Assembly (NCBI RefSeq): GCF_009914755.1
Contig: NC_060927.1
Origin: the human T2T-CHM13v2.0 reference genome, Homo sapiens
Reading direction: 5' to 3' (one strand)
DNA: 64,000 nucleotides
Part shown: piece after piece, positions 1 through 14,798 of the stretch
Layout of the letters: each line of letters starts with the position of its first letter
How positions within the stretch are numbered: the first letter of the stretch is position 1
The notes under the pieces: generated by a model
The model's database searches: none
Seen by the model: the letters and a program-made list of their open reading frames with translations, nothing else
Told to the model about the DNA's origin: nothing
Program-made: the position numbers and the translations under genes

Positions 1-1339
1 TCTGCCAGGCTTCTGCACATGTGCCTTTCTTTCCACTAGGTGGCAAGCGCCGACTGCACAATGAAAGGATGTCAGGACGCTGCCTCTCAGTCACTTTTCC
101 AGACACAGTGGACGTAATGCAATTGTGATTTTCCTCTCAACTCCCACAGGTCTCTGAAACTTAACTGCCAGCCTGTAGCTGAGTCCTGTGTCTCAAACCA
201 TAGCCAGGTCAGAGTTTATTTTGAAAGTGGCATGTGGAGTAATATGCCAGATGGTTCGGAGAGAACAAATGTTGCTCAAAGTTCTTACTCCTAAACTGCA
301 GTTGTAGAAGTGTTCTGTCACTGTCCAGGTAATTCTTCCTTTAGCGTAGATAGAATAAAGGGTCTGGGGTTTGTGCAAGTAAAGGGATGAGCAATTAGAG
401 GAGAAATTGTGAGAAAGGGAAGAGATACAGGTTTTGGATATTAAAAGAACCTTTTTTAAAAAAACACACATAGAGGTTGGGGGCCGCAGCTGAACTAACA
501 GGCTATTGCCCTGTGCTCCTGCATTTCAGGCCCCGTAAGAGTTAGATTCTCCCAGGCTCTCTCCTTTGCCTTTGATTTGATTTCCGTTTCTTGATTCTTT
601 TGTTTTCCTGGTGAAGTCTCCTTCCTCTCTGTCTGGAAAGGGGGCAGAGCTTCAGCCTAAGAAAAGCAGGCTGTAGTGACAAAGAAAATGTGCTTCCTCA
701 ATAGATGCAGGTGGAGGCTGTCATCCTGCAAGGATGTTAGACATGGAAAATCACGCGATGTAGAGTTGCCGGGCTGAGCGCGAGCTGGCCAGTCTCTTCT
801 GAGCAGACTCCTTGTCTAAGCCCCCTCCTTGAATATCTGTAGGCAGATGGGCTTTGGAGCCTAGAATATGCTTTTTTAGTTTCTCAGGAAAGTTTTCATC
901 ATTGTTCCTCAGCCTTCGCTATCAGAGATTTTCTTCGCTCTCAGCCAAATCCCTGATGTCTCAGGAGAGGCCCGTCTTCCCTGACCTGTCATCAGCAGCC
1001 CTCTCAATTAATGCTGGACATCTTTTTCAGGGCTACGCTGACTTCTCAAATATTTCTTTTGGCTGCGTTGGGGTTGCTGCTTACGAACACTTGGATTCAG
1101 GTTTATTTTGTTTTAGTTTTTCTCCTGGGAAGTTGCTATATCATATTGTGAGTAGACAATTATCACTGTAGATGAATCCAGCTGCCCACAACCAAATCTG
1201 CAGGATGAGTTTCCTCAACATCCCCTCTCCCCTAGCTCCTGCGGATGGATGTACCTAGAGTTTTTTTTTTGTTTTTTTTTTTTAATCATCTGGAGCACTC
1301 CTTCCACGGTCATCTCTTAGTGTAACTGCACGTTTTTGA

Positions 1340-1775
<436 letters not shown>

Positions 1776-1996
1776 CTGGAACATTTTTATTGCAACACAA
1801 AGAGGTAGAGCGTAAATATCCCTGGCTGCATGGCCAGTTGTCATCTTTTAGGACTGCTCTGTAACTGTGGTCCTTTTCCTGCCAACTGCTGACATTCACG
1901 ATCCTTTCTTCTCCGTTCCTGTGGATTGTGGAATAATTGTAGAAAGTGAAGGCTTTGGCATGCATGGTTCTTGATTTGGTGACTTTACCTCCTCAG

Positions 1997-2151
1997 GTGG
2001 ACCCTGATCAGGACGCCTCTCGAAGTAGGTTGCGGAATGCCCAAGAAAAGATGGTATACTCCCTGGTCTCTGTGCCTGAAGGCAATGACATCTCCTCCAT
2101 TTTCGAGCTAGATCCCACCACTCTGCGTGGAGGTGACAGCCTTGTCCCAAG
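1997..2151 (+). CDS. ITPR1: ITPR1 exon (window exon 1): [10 protein letters not shown]...GDSLVPR, IP3-binding core beta/MIR region
   Basis: cctcag acceptor, AG|gtatca donor; lies within ORF 1946..2260. Confidence 0.97.
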
Positions 2152-3271
2152 GTATCATTTTAAAATTGCTTTTCCCCAAAGAATCAGGCCTGGTGTAGGT
2201 GGCCTGACCAGGTTTCTTGGAATCCAAATCGTTACTGCCTTTTCTTTTAGATTTTTATAAAGGATTTGGTGAAAGGTTTGCACTGACTGCCCGGTATGGC
2301 AACTGATTTTTTTAATGGCTCACCATTGATAAGTTCTCAGTAGTTGAATGAGAAGTGCTATATTTAGGTAAACAAGCCAAACCATAAGCCCAAGTAGCTC
2401 AATTTTCCTAGTTCCCTCTACTCCCTTCCTCCTTCCCCAAACCTTGGGAGAGCTCTTGGTTTGGGGAAAAAGGAAGGGAGTAGAGGAAACTAGGAAATTG
2501 AATGGAAATAGAATAAACCATTGAAAAGAAATTCTACAAGATAAAATACCTGAAGTTCACTGTTTGCATAGTAAATTTTATTAACAAGTATTGAGACATT
2601 CAACCAGAAATCTTTAGTTATTTTTTTAAATTTAACTTTAGTTTTGTTGCTTAAGAATGCATTTTTCAGGGGACATAACTGGACTATAAATAGGGAAACA
2701 AGCTTACTCTTAACAACAGAATCAACAATATTAATAATAATGGCTGACACTTATTGAGCGCTGACTGCATGCTAGACACAAAGCTAAGTACTCTACTTGT
2801 GTTATATAATTTCATCTTTCTCAAAAAACCCAGTGAGAGATAGGTATTGCTATCACCCTTTCTTGTAGATGAAGAAGCTGAGGCTCAGAGAGTTTAAGCA
2901 ACATATCATAAGTCAGTGAGTCCCGTAGCAGAACCCAAAATCTTAAATGTTTAAGACACATAGGGTTATTTGGGCAATTCTGACTCTCCAATACCATGTT
3001 GGTTAATGGAAATGTCACTGTCATTTATGGATTACACGTATGGCCCCTCGTGAAGTATTAGTTGTGTTTCATCCATTCAGAGGTAGCTACTGGTAACATT
3101 TTTGTTTATGTAGTTTTAGACAAGTCTCTGGTCACACAGAGATGACTGTGTCATTTATTATAGATGGGATCATAAGCTATTTTAAACATTTTTAACTGAA
3201 TAGTATGTTTTATACATATCTCCAAGCGAATGAATATCAGTTGTCATTGTCTTAAATAATTGTTGTAATCA

Positions 3272-3580
3272 GGCCGGGCGCAGTGCCTCACACCTGTAAT
3301 CCGAGCACTTTGGGAGGCTGAAGCAGACAGATCACTTGATTGAGTCCAGGTGTTTGAGACCAGCTGGACAACATGACAAAACCCCGACTCTACAAAAAAA
3401 ATGCAAAAATTTAACCGGGCATGGTGGCACACACCTGTAGTCCCAGCTACTTTGAAGGCTGAGGTGGGAGTATCCTAAGCCTGGGAGGCAGAGGTTGCAG
3501 TGAGCCCAGATTGTGCCAACTGTACTCCAGCCTGGGTGACAGAGTGAGACCCTGTCTCCAAAGGAAAAAAAAAAAAGAAA
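3272..3580 (+). mobile_element. Alu SINE
   Basis: ggccgggcgcagtg start, dimer structure, poly-A tail. Confidence 0.95.
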
Positions 3581-4860
3581 CTGTTATAGTCAATTGTAAT
3601 CATCTTTAAATAACAGTAGTATCAACTAGTTAATATTGTATTAACTGGTTCATTATTGGACTGTTCTGTTATACTGTATTAATACAATATATTAATATAG
3701 GTATTCATATGTAATATGTTAATATTACATTGTAACAATAGAATATAATAAATTTGTATTCTATTAACTAGTCCATTATTGAGATATCAGATTGTTTACA
3801 GTTTTTATTGTTACACATAATGCTTTGTTGAACATCTGTTTGCCTCATTTGCACCTGTACTATCACCACTGAAGGAAGAATACCTAAAAATAGGATTGGT
3901 AGATGAAATTATAGATATATTTTATGTGTTCTACAAGGTGCTAGACTTCTTTTCAGAGTTTTGCTTGATTACGCTCTCACCAACCATACATAGGACTTAC
4001 TTCCCTAAGCTCTTGTTGAGACTGGGTTTTAGATCTTTGGAATATGATACAATAAAATGATATTGTTTTAACTTGTGTAACTTTTATACTAAGGAGGTTG
4101 AATCTATACTTCCATGTTTCTTTGTATTTCATTATTAAATTACCCGTTTGTGTCCTTGTCCCATTTTCACTTCCAATATTCATATTTTTCTTATTGATTT
4201 GTAACAGCCCTTTGTGTGTAGAGTAATAACCTTTTAATGCAATGGGCTACTCTTTTATTTTCCCAGGCTATGGTGATTTTTTTTCAACTTTGTTTATGAT
4301 GGTTCTTTTTTTTTTCTATATAGATTATATAAAATTTAAACTATGTAATGAGAGTTATCCGTCTTTTACTTTTAAAATTTAGGAATCTTATATTTTGTTA
4401 TATGATTCAAAAGGCTTTCCCTACTGCAAGATTAGTAAATACTCATTTTTTTCCAGAAATTTTATGATCTCATTTATTGTTTCACTGATCCCTATGAAAA
4501 TTTCAATCATTGCTGTATTATTATTTCTTGTTATAAGCACTAATATATACCCGTAAATACTTCCTGTTGCTCTGTCTCATGCTCTGTTTATGCTGAGACA
4601 CTCATTCATGGAGTATGATCTTATATTTAGAAGTATAATATATAACAGTAACTGTAGAGTCGTTATGAATGATTTTCTATTGTAAATGCATCAGAATGTG
4701 GCTTGGACCTGGACCATTTGCCCCTTCGTGTATACTGCCCAGTGTATGCAGTAGGAAACCACTTTGCTATTTCTATTTTGATAGATTATATTCTAGACTA
4801 GGGGCTATAGAGTAAACCTCAATATTTATTTCCCTAAAACCCTCCTTTTTTCCCTGTTAG

Positions 4861-4960
4861 GAACTCTTATGTTCGGCTCAGACACCTATGTACTAATACC
4901 TGGGTTCACAGCACAAATATTCCTATTGACAAGGAAGAAGAAAAGCCCGTGATGCTGAAA
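4861..4960 (+). CDS. ITPR1: ITPR1 exon (window exon 2): [33 protein letters not shown]
   Basis: pyrimidine tract + ttag acceptor; gtaagt donor; phase-2 junction AG|G = Arg. Confidence 0.97.
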
Positions 4961-5953
4961 GTAAGTCCTGGGACTTGCCTGTCTCCTTTTGGTCTCGTGT
5001 TTCCTAATGAAAGGGCTCCTTTGAGGACAGATCAGGGAGTATGGAGCGTGGAGATTTGTTGCTTTGGCGAGAGTGTGGTCATGGCCGAACTTGAATGTGA
5101 CAAAAGAATACTCTCCACGAGACCTGAGTGGAGCAAACCCAGGGCTTTTGAAATAACTACAACTTTTTAATTTTATTCCATGGCTTCTGCCATAATGGTT
5201 GAGCAATTTTCTGGATTTCAACTGCATTTCATGACTGTCTGAAGGATAATTTGGGCTGGGGAATGTTTGCTTTTGTCTTGAGGTACATCAAGTATCTAGT
5301 TGATTTCCCCCAATCTCTATTATTTGTTTCTCTCTATATGTCAATATACACTTTTATTTCATGAATGTTCTCTCCAGCCCCTTTACTTTCTCTCCCTACT
5401 TCTCCTTCCCCCTGTCTCCAGGGTCATACAGTATAAGTAAATAGACATGGGGGTTTTCTTTTAACAAGTGGAAGGATGCTCTCATGTAACTTTTCTTTTG
5501 TTGTGGCATTGGGGAAGGTTATTGAAATTTTTTACTTCTTTACTGAACATTTTTAGATTTATAGAAAAGTTGAAATAATGGTGCAGTGTCTATCCTTATA
5601 ATGCTCCTCACTTAGAATCATTAATTACCATTTTCCATATTTGCTTTTTCTCTGTATATTTACAAACATCTTCTTTAGTTATGAGAATTTTGGATGCTCC
5701 CTGTAACAAATGAAGTTAAAAATGATATTAATGCCTCCTTCCTGCCACACTGGCCCCCATAATACCAATTTCCAGAGATAACAACTGTTAACCATTTGGA
5801 GTACGTCCTTGTAGATTTTTTCCTATATCATTTTAACTGCAAGATAGCTCTAGTATCTTGGGATCAGCCAGTGTCTCGTAAATGTAGTGTTTGATTAAAG
5901 TCTTATCCTTCCCATCCAAGAGATTATCTCACAAGGACCACCTTGAATTTCAG

Positions 5954-6114
5954 ATTGGCACCTCTCCTGTGAAGGAGGATAAGGAAGCATTTGCCATAGT
6001 TCCGGTTTCTCCTGCTGAAGTTCGGGACCTGGACTTTGCCAATGATGCCAGCAAGGTGCTGGGCTCCATTGCTGGGAAGCTAGAGAAGGGCACCATCACC
6101 CAGAATGAAAGGAG
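5954..6114 (+). CDS. ITPR1: ITPR1 exon (window exon 3): [17 protein letters not shown]...TITQNERR
   Basis: tttcag acceptor; gtgagc donor; within ORF 5891..6118. Confidence 0.97.
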
Positions 6115-6316
6115 GTGAGCACTCCCGCATGCTCAGCACAGCCGCCCTCCCGCACTGAGAGTTTCTGACATCCATGGGGTGGAGTGAGAGAATGGTGACT
6201 CTGAACAGCTAAACATGGGGTAGCAGGCCTTAGCATTTATGGGTGGCTTCAATGTGTAACTTTTAAGAAATAGTACTTTTGCATTCATTTTTTGAGTCTC
6301 TAAAATTATGAAGATC

Positions 6317-6610
6317 AGGTGTAGTGGCTCACACCTGTAATCCCAGGACTTTGGGAGGCTGAGGTGGGTGGATTACTTGAGGTCAGCAGTTCGAGACCAG
6401 CCTGCCTAACATGGTGAAACCCCATCTCTACTAAAAATACAAAAATTAGCCAGGCATGATGGCGGATGCCTGTAATCCCAGCTCCTCAGGAAGCTGAGGC
6501 AGAAGAATTGCTTGAACCCAGGAGGCGGAGGTTATAGTGAGCCAAGATCATACCACTGCACTTCAGCCTGGGTGACAAAGTGAGACTCCATCTCAAAATA
6601 ATAATAATAA
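6317..6610 (+). mobile_element. Alu SINE (AluS-like)
   Basis: Alu consensus with (aat)n tail. Confidence 0.95.
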
Positions 6611-6936
6611 TCAAGTGATGAAGACCTCACTCTCTCTTTCTGTCTCTAAGTTGGTCTCTAGAACCACATTACTAAATGTCAGGGAATGAGGTTACTCTGA
6701 GATAAAATTTTGTGTCTGATATTTCATAAAGGTGATCATCCTTTTGTGGACAATGATATGTTTTGTGTCTTTCACTCTCTTTGATACTTGGCTTCTGTTG
6801 TCAGTTTCAAAGAAATTGGAAAGTGTGGGTCTGCCCCTGTTTAACTGGCTCATTCGTCCAGAAGGCTTCCAAGGCAAAGCTTCCAGCCTGCTGAACACTG
6901 AACACATCTGTCTCTAATAGCGTCTTTCCTCCTAAG

Positions 6937-7078
6937 GTCTGTAACCAAGCTGCTAGAAGATTTGGTTTACTTCGTCACTGGTGGAACTAATTCTGGTCAA
7001 GATGTTCTCGAAGTTGTCTTCTCCAAGCCCAACAGAGAACGGCAGAAACTGATGAGAGAACAGAATATTCTCAAGCAG
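6937..7078 (+). CDS. ITPR1: ITPR1 exon (window exon 4): [12 protein letters not shown]...[15 protein letters not shown] (IP3-contacting basic residues)
   Basis: cctaag acceptor; CAG|gtcggt donor; frame continuous with flanking exons. Confidence 0.96.
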
Positions 7079-7127
7079 GTCGGTGAGATGTGGCGTACTG
7101 GGGATTTGGCTTTATGAGAAATCATAA

Positions 7128-7290
7128 AGCATGAGTGGTAGCTCATGCCTGTAGTCCCAGCACTTTGGGAAGCCGAGGTGGGAGGATCCCCTTGAGCCCA
7201 GGAAATGGAGGTTGCAGTGAGCTGATCGCATCACTGCCCTCCAGCCTGGGTGACAGAGAGAGAGCCTGTCTCAAAAGAGAAAGAAAAAGA
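7128..7290 (+). mobile_element. Truncated/internally deleted Alu
   Basis: gtagctcatgcctgtagtcccagc...ccagcctgggtgacagag and an A-rich tail. Confidence 0.85.
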
Positions 7291-7349
7291 GAAATCAATG
7301 GGATCATTGAGGGATATTGGTGATTCCCACCTCAAAGGCTTGATGAATT

Positions 7350-7860
7350 GATTTTTCAATAGACTATTTTCTAGAGCAGTTTTTAGGTTCTCAGCAAGAT
7401 TGTGCAAAAAGTCCAGAGAGTTCCCATATCTCCTCTTGTCCTCACACACTTGGCCTCCCCCACTACCGACATCCTACATCACAGTGAGACATTTGTGACA
7501 ATTTGGGGAATCAACATTGATACATCATTATCACCTGAAGTCCATAGTTTACATTAGGGTTCTCTCTTGGCATTTTATTTTCTATGGGTTTTGATAAATG
7601 TATGATGCCATTTAGTCACCATTAAAATATCTTACAGAATAGTTTCACTGCCCTGAAATCATCTGTGCTCCTCCTATTTGTCTGTCCTTCCTGCTAACCC
7701 TTCACAGCCATGAACGTTCTTACTGCATGCATTGTTTTCCCTTTACAGAATGTGACATGGTTGGAATCAAACAGTATGTACCCTTTTCAGAGGGGCAAAT
7801 TTCACTTAGTGATATGCATCCAAGGTTCTTCAGTGTCTGTCCATGGCTTGATAGTTCAGT
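7350..7860 (-). mobile_element. Old L1M 3'-end fragment
   Basis: tagagcagtttttaggttc...gagagttccc motif typical of L1M 3' UTR reverse strand. Confidence 0.7.
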
Positions 7861-9009
7861 TCAATTGATTTTTAGCGTACTTGTTGGATATCAATCATGT
7901 GAGAGTTTACCTGTTAGGAACCTCAAGAAACATTCAGCTGACAACTTTATTTTCCTCAAAAATAATGTAAAGTTCAATGTGACCTTAAGGTTATTTCATA
8001 CATTTGGGAGATTTGGCATATTCTATAAACTCAGAAGGCCCATATAGGCTCTTATAGAGTGCCCTATAAGTCACCACAGAATCTTTCCGTAAAGAATGAG
8101 TAGTGGTTGACAGGAAATACATAGATGATATTGTTGGATGTAAATGTAAATAAACTGGTATAAAGACAAATTAGAGGCAGTAAAGTGACAAATCCAGAGT
8201 AGATTAAATGCACAGAGATGCATACCATGTCCTTCTGTAACCCAACTGGAGATTAGCCCACAAACTTGCCACCGGAATTCCTGGCCACCAAAGCTAAAAG
8301 AGAAACATATTAGTTACAAGTCCCACTGGTCCCCATGGAACAAGGGATTTGAGATTATTTTTTCATGTTGGTCTATGATAGACAGAATTTATTAACAATC
8401 CATCTTGTTTCAACAAGAATTTCCAGTTCAAGAGTAAATGTCCAGCTGTTGTTTCATGTGATGATTCTCAAATTAGACCTCTGGCTTAATGCCCATGCTC
8501 ATTTGTACAATAGTAATTCCTGAGAGGCAAAAAATAACTGACTCACTGGCAGGAGCCTTCATTGATTACTTGTGCTGGGCACTAGTGCGACTTAAAATTA
8601 TCATCCATTTTCATCCTTACTACACCTCTGTGATATAGGCATTATTCTTTCCATTTTGCTGGTAAGGAAATGCGGGTTTACTTTGACTGTAATCTGTACT
8701 GCTAGGGAGTAATAAAGGCTTGTGTTTCCACCTAGAATCTGCTGATTCCATTGTCTGTGTTCTTAAACGCTTTGCTCTAAGCACTGTGCTGTTAGGTGTA
8801 TGAGGACCAGTGGAGTCCAGTAGACTTAATTCAGCGCGTCTCCCATCTCAGTTGATGGGCTGAATGCAGTGTTCAGGTTATGGATGTGTTGGGATAGAGA
8901 AATTTTCTAATGTAATCCAGCCACCCTTGAGCTTGCATTACTTCCAAACAGAGGGTTAGCTTTGAAGCCCTAAGTGATTGCCATTTTTGCTTTTCATTTT
9001 CACAAACAG

Positions 9010-9168
9010 ATCTTCAAGTTGTTACAAGCCCCATTCACAGACTGCGGTGATGGCCCAATGCTTCGGCTGGAAGAGCTCGGGGACCAGCGGCACGCTCCTT
9101 TCAGACACATCTGCCGGCTCTGCTACAGGGTGCTGAGACACTCGCAGCAAGACTACAGGAAGAACCAG
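9010..9168 (+). CDS. ITPR1: ITPR1 exon (window exon 5): IFKLLQAPF...SQQDYRKNQ (YRK IP3-binding motif)
   Basis: acag acceptor; CAG|gtttgg donor; within ORF 8974..9237. Confidence 0.97.
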
Positions 9169-9759
9169 GTTTGGATTAAGCATTGGTGGGATGTGGTTGT
9201 CAGTTTCCTCCCTGAAGTTTGTGAACTTTCCTCCTGAGTTTTTAGTGTCACATGTCTATTTATAGAATGGATGCAGAATAGTTCAGTGTTGAGCTTGCTC
9301 TTGGGAAGGAAACACAAGCCCAGGAAGAATATTATTACCTAATCGTTAAGAAACGTACTGGAGAATTCTCTTCTGCAGACATCTTTCTATGAGATTTCTG
9401 GTTTTGGAGTTGGTTTTACATTTATAGAATTTTTTATGACGTATTCCCTTAGGGCTTAGGGGTGAAATGATGCCATGTGTTTATATTAAAGATATAGTGG
9501 AGTCTTTTCTTCCTGCACCTTTAAAATTCTCCGTCTCTTTCTAGAAACATGATCTTTATTTTGTTTCTGATTCATGTTTTATGACATTCTAAGTCATTGT
9601 CTATAGAGATATCTTATACATAGTTATATTTTACATATTATACATAGTATATGTGTATTTATATACACACACAATGTATAGTCTCCTATGAAATAAATGT
9701 CCTAGGAGCTCCAAACAACCTTCAGATTCTAAGAAAACCTGAGAACTATATTGCTACAT

Positions 9760-9970
9760 CATTGGTTCTTAACTGGGGGTAATTTTGTCCCCCAAAGAAT
9801 ATTTGGCAACATCTGGAGACCCTTTTGAGTTTTATAACTTCATGGTGCTGCTGGCATCTGGTGAGGGGAGGCTAGGGATGCTCTCAAACACCCAGCAGTG
9901 CCAAGGACATCCCCACACAACCAAGAATTATCCTGCCTAAAATGTCAGTAGTGCTGAGGTTTAGAAAATT
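9760..9970. mobile_element. MER20-like hAT-Charlie DNA transposon fossil
   Basis: ggttcttaactggggg...tttggcaacatctggagac...aaatgtcagtagtgctgagg. Confidence 0.8.
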
Positions 9971-11248
9971 TGTGCCACATGGAGTACCGTAGGCATGCAA
10001 AATGATGCTTATCATAACCTTGACTCTTACCACTTTATGTGAACTATCCCTGCCTTTTGGGGCAAAAGGCTTTTGTTTTTAAGGTTTTGACTGCCACTAT
10101 ACTGGACTTTTAGAGTTTTTTCTTTGTAATTAAAGGTTTTTGTCATGTCATCATAAAGATAGTGTTGATCTTGAATAGTGCTTTTTTTGAAGTGTATCAA
10201 GCTGTGATTGCTTTAAATCCACCTTCAGTGCGTTGATACTGTAATCCAATAGCCAGAGAGATTTTATTCTGTTCCTCTCTCCCATCTTCAGATGAGGATA
10301 CATCTGGGTCTGTGGGGTGTGTCAAGACACTTTGCTTGTACATGAGGAAACAAACTAGTTACTCTTGGAATTGCTGGATTAGACATCTTTGCTTAGTTGT
10401 TTTCGGATCCTTTACCAGTTGGCAGATGATAAGTTCCTACACAATGCCTCCTTATAGAATACAGGCTGAAAACCATGGCCTGTTTTCATTATGTTAATCC
10501 TAAATAGTTAACCGGGATTTAGGAATTAATGGGAAAAAAATTAAAGCAAGTTTCAAGGGCCACTTGAATTTTGAGCAAGCAGTCTATCTTGGCCAGGGAA
10601 GCATCTTTGAACAGAAACAAACAGGTATTTGTAAGAGATTTCCTTGAGTTCACAAATATTTCTATGGAATGTGATAGCTGATCCCAAAAGAGAGAAACCA
10701 GAGATGTATTCATGAGTTCCATGCATATGATGGATTTTCTTAGGTATTTATTCCTGACCTTCTTATGCTACTCATTGACTTTAAAAAAGTATTTTTACCA
10801 CAAATAAAGGAAATGAAACAGGGTAACATTGTTCCAGATCTCCAGGTAGGCTTTATCTGTGTTTATTTAGCAGCACAGATCACTGGGGGCACAGTTAAGT
10901 CCTCTTGAATTAGGAATACGTTTAGAGCTGAAAACCAGCTTTGGACCTTTTTGAAAAATAAATCACTAGATTAAAATTTATACTGTGCACTTAATAAAAT
11001 ATCCACGTGTAAATACAGGCTATTTTGCTTAATTACATTTGTGTGGCAGGCTTAGAAAAGTAAAGGATGTGAAGGAGTTTGCAGCTGTTGCCCTAGGATA
11101 GAAAGTTGTAGGAAGACCCTCCCTTATACTGTAATGTCTCTTAGGGGCAGTAGTTCTCATCAGGAAACATTGCTGCTTTCTTTAGTCTACGCTTAACCAT
11201 ATTGTCATTTATCCTTCCTACTGACGTCTCTTTTCTCTCCTTATAAAG

Positions 11249-11421
11249 GAGTATATAGCCAAGCAGTTTGGCTTCATGCAGAAGCAGATTGGCTATGATG
11301 TGTTGGCTGAAGACACTATCACTGCCCTGCTCCACAATAATCGGAAACTCCTGGAAAAACACATTACCGCGGCAGAGATTGACACATTTGTCAGCCTGGT
11401 GCGAAAGAACAGGGAGCCCAG
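11249..11421 (+). CDS. ITPR1: ITPR1 exon (window exon 6): [11 protein letters not shown]...VRKNREPR
   Basis: pyrimidine tract + aaag acceptor; gtgagg donor. Confidence 0.96.
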
Positions 11422-11789
11422 GTGAGGCGGGAGTGGGGTCCATGCAGGATGGTGTCTCTGCCTGTAAGATGCAGGGACTTAGCTGGTGCTTTTTACTACG
11501 TTTCCTTGTGCTGCTAGTGACAAGTTTTGATTAGTTAGGTCTGGAGAGGCTTTTTGATGAGTAGTGGCAAGAACTTGGTGTTAAAATGAGACCTGGGGGT
11601 GCATTCCTAGCTCCAGTGTGTCCCACCTGGATGAGCTTGGGTTTTTTCCTGAACTTTAATTTCCTTATCTGCTAAATGGGTAGTTATGAAAATTAAATGA
11701 GAATAAACGCAGGTGACGTGCAGGCACTTAGTGGATGCAGAGGAAATGACAAATTGTTGGCCACTCATTCACTTTTTAAAAAATGTTCT

Positions 11790-12637
<848 letters not shown>

Positions 12638-13525
12638 TCATTCACTTTTTAGCACCTCTTGCTTATCAGTTAAACACTCCCCTCCCTCAGTATAATCAGT
12701 AAGAGTCTTGCAAGTTCAGTTGTTGGTTGAGCGTTTTTATTATAGATTAGTGAATTCTATTGATTGTATCTCATTCACACAGATCTGCTCCTCTTTCGTA
12801 CACCCTCTCCCCATTTCTTTCCCCTTCTCTTGTCCTTCTAATTAAGACCCATATTTTCAGTTGAAGCGGGAAGCAATTTACAATGTGGGTGTCACAAATG
12901 ATTACAATGGAGCACGGACACAGTTGCTGTAAAAACACCTACTACCACCCTTGAAAATAACCCGCATTTTCTGGAGCCTGCTCAAGGGCTCAGGTAGTGA
13001 GCAATGGAAGCACTTCCGTTAATTATCTCATTTAATCCGCAGGACAGCCCTCAGAAGTGACACATTATCCTTTTCTGTAGACGAGCATCAATTAAAGCAC
13101 AGTGAAATTAGTAATTTCCCCAAATGAACGCTCCATAGCAGAACTCCGCTAATAAGATCCTAACTGGGCTTCCAACACACGTAGCCAAACATCAGGGCGT
13201 TGCCTCTCACCACTGTGGTTCCCCTGTGTCTCCACCACACCTTCCTTATGTGAGCTGCTTTCTTGTCTTGTTCCTTCTTCTCATCTTTGCCTCATCACCT
13301 CTTCCTTGACCACAGCCACTCCTGTCTTTCCTTCTTGTTTCCTCTTCCTTCTTTCTGGCATGTGGCTTTCTGGTGATGCCATAAACATTGGCATCAAGAC
13401 TTAGAATGCTGCTGACATGTCTTGGTAAAGGTATGTTGGACCTGTGCACTTAAGGAAGAATTGGGGTCCAGGAGCCTAACCTCTGCTCTATCTACAGAAA
13501 ATGTTTTGTTTCTGTTTCTGTTTAG

Positions 13526-13645
13526 ATTCTTAGATTACCTCTCCGACCTCTGTGTCTCCATGAACAAATCAATTCCAGTGACCCAGGAACTGATATGTAA
13601 AGCTGTGCTGAACCCCACCAACGCTGACATCCTGATTGAGACCAA
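13526..13645 (+). CDS. ITPR1: ITPR1 exon (window exon 7): [14 protein letters not shown]...ADILIETK
   Basis: tttag acceptor; gtgagt donor; within ORF 13422..13649. Confidence 0.97.
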
Positions 13646-14217
13646 GTGAGTGGGGAGCCAGGGTTTAGATGGAAAACATGGGGTTCATTCAGTGTTGGTG
13701 CTCATGAGGAATAAAACCTAGCCCTATCATTTTTTGAGTTGATCTAAAGTCAGTGTGGCTGGCATTTGATCTTCTTATTGGAAAAGTCTTGATTAGGAGA
13801 ATTCCCGAATTTGATTTTGGTGTCACCTCCTCTTCATAGTGGTGTCACTTATTTTGCATACAAGTTTAGAAGTCATGTAAACTCACCGGGGAGCATTTTA
13901 TACAGCTACATTTTAAGAGTTTAAAACTCTTTGTAAGTGTGACCATCAATTTAAAATTTCAAATGACATAATGAATATTCAGTGTTAAGATTAAGTCAGT
14001 GTTGGGAGGAGTTTTAAATTATTACTGTTCAGAACATGTTTATTGGTCTGCAGAATTTTTGTTACCAGTAGTAATTCATTTTTGGCAAAGGAGCAGTTTT
14101 CCTGAGAAGTACAGTGCCGGTAATATGGACAGCCTTAAAAAACATACTAAATTACGTCCTGAGCTAGTGATACTTCATTGATTCACATGTATAACTCAGT
14201 TTTGGGCTTGGGCTAAT

Positions 14218-14436
14218 GCAGGGTTTTTCAGTTTAGGTATTTTCACATTTCGGGCTTGGTAATTCTTTGTTGTGGGGCTGTGCTAGGCACTGTAAAATGT
14301 TCAGCAGCATCCCTGGCCCCTACCCACTTAGATGCCAGTAGCACCTCTCCATTTCGGTTGTGACAACCAAAAACCTGTCCAGAGACATTGCCTGGTGTCC
14401 ACTGGGGGCAGCAGCACCATAGTCGAGAACCACTGG
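14218..14436. mobile_element. MER20-like hAT-Charlie fossil (opposite orientation to the 9760 copy)
   Basis: cagcagcatccctggcccctacccacttagatgccagtagcacc...gagaaccactg. Confidence 0.8.
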
Positions 14437-14600
14437 GTTACAGTATATGAAGATGTTAATGTCAGGCTCTCTGCGGCTCTGCCCTTGGGGGAAATACAAA
14501 ACAAAAAGTGTCTTTCCATGTGTCTTTATGCTGAAAGTAAAGCTAGATCTCAAAGTATTTTTAAAAATAGTAACTTTTCCCTCCTCCTCTTGTTTTCTAG

Positions 14601-14798
14601 GTTGGTTCTTTCTCGTTTTGAATTTGAAGGTGTCTCTTCCACTGGAGAGAATGCTCTGGAGGCAGGAGAAGACGAGGAAGAGGTGTGGCTGTTTTGGAGG
14701 GACAGCAACAAAGAGATTCGCAGCAAGAGTGTGAGGGAATTGGCTCAGGATGCTAAAGAAGGGCAGAAGGAGGACCGAGACGTTCTCAGCTACTACAG
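14601..14798 (+). CDS. ITPR1: ITPR1 exon (window exon 8): [11 protein letters not shown]...DVLSYYR
   Basis: ttctag acceptor; gtgcgt donor; within ORF 14332..14910. Confidence 0.97.
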
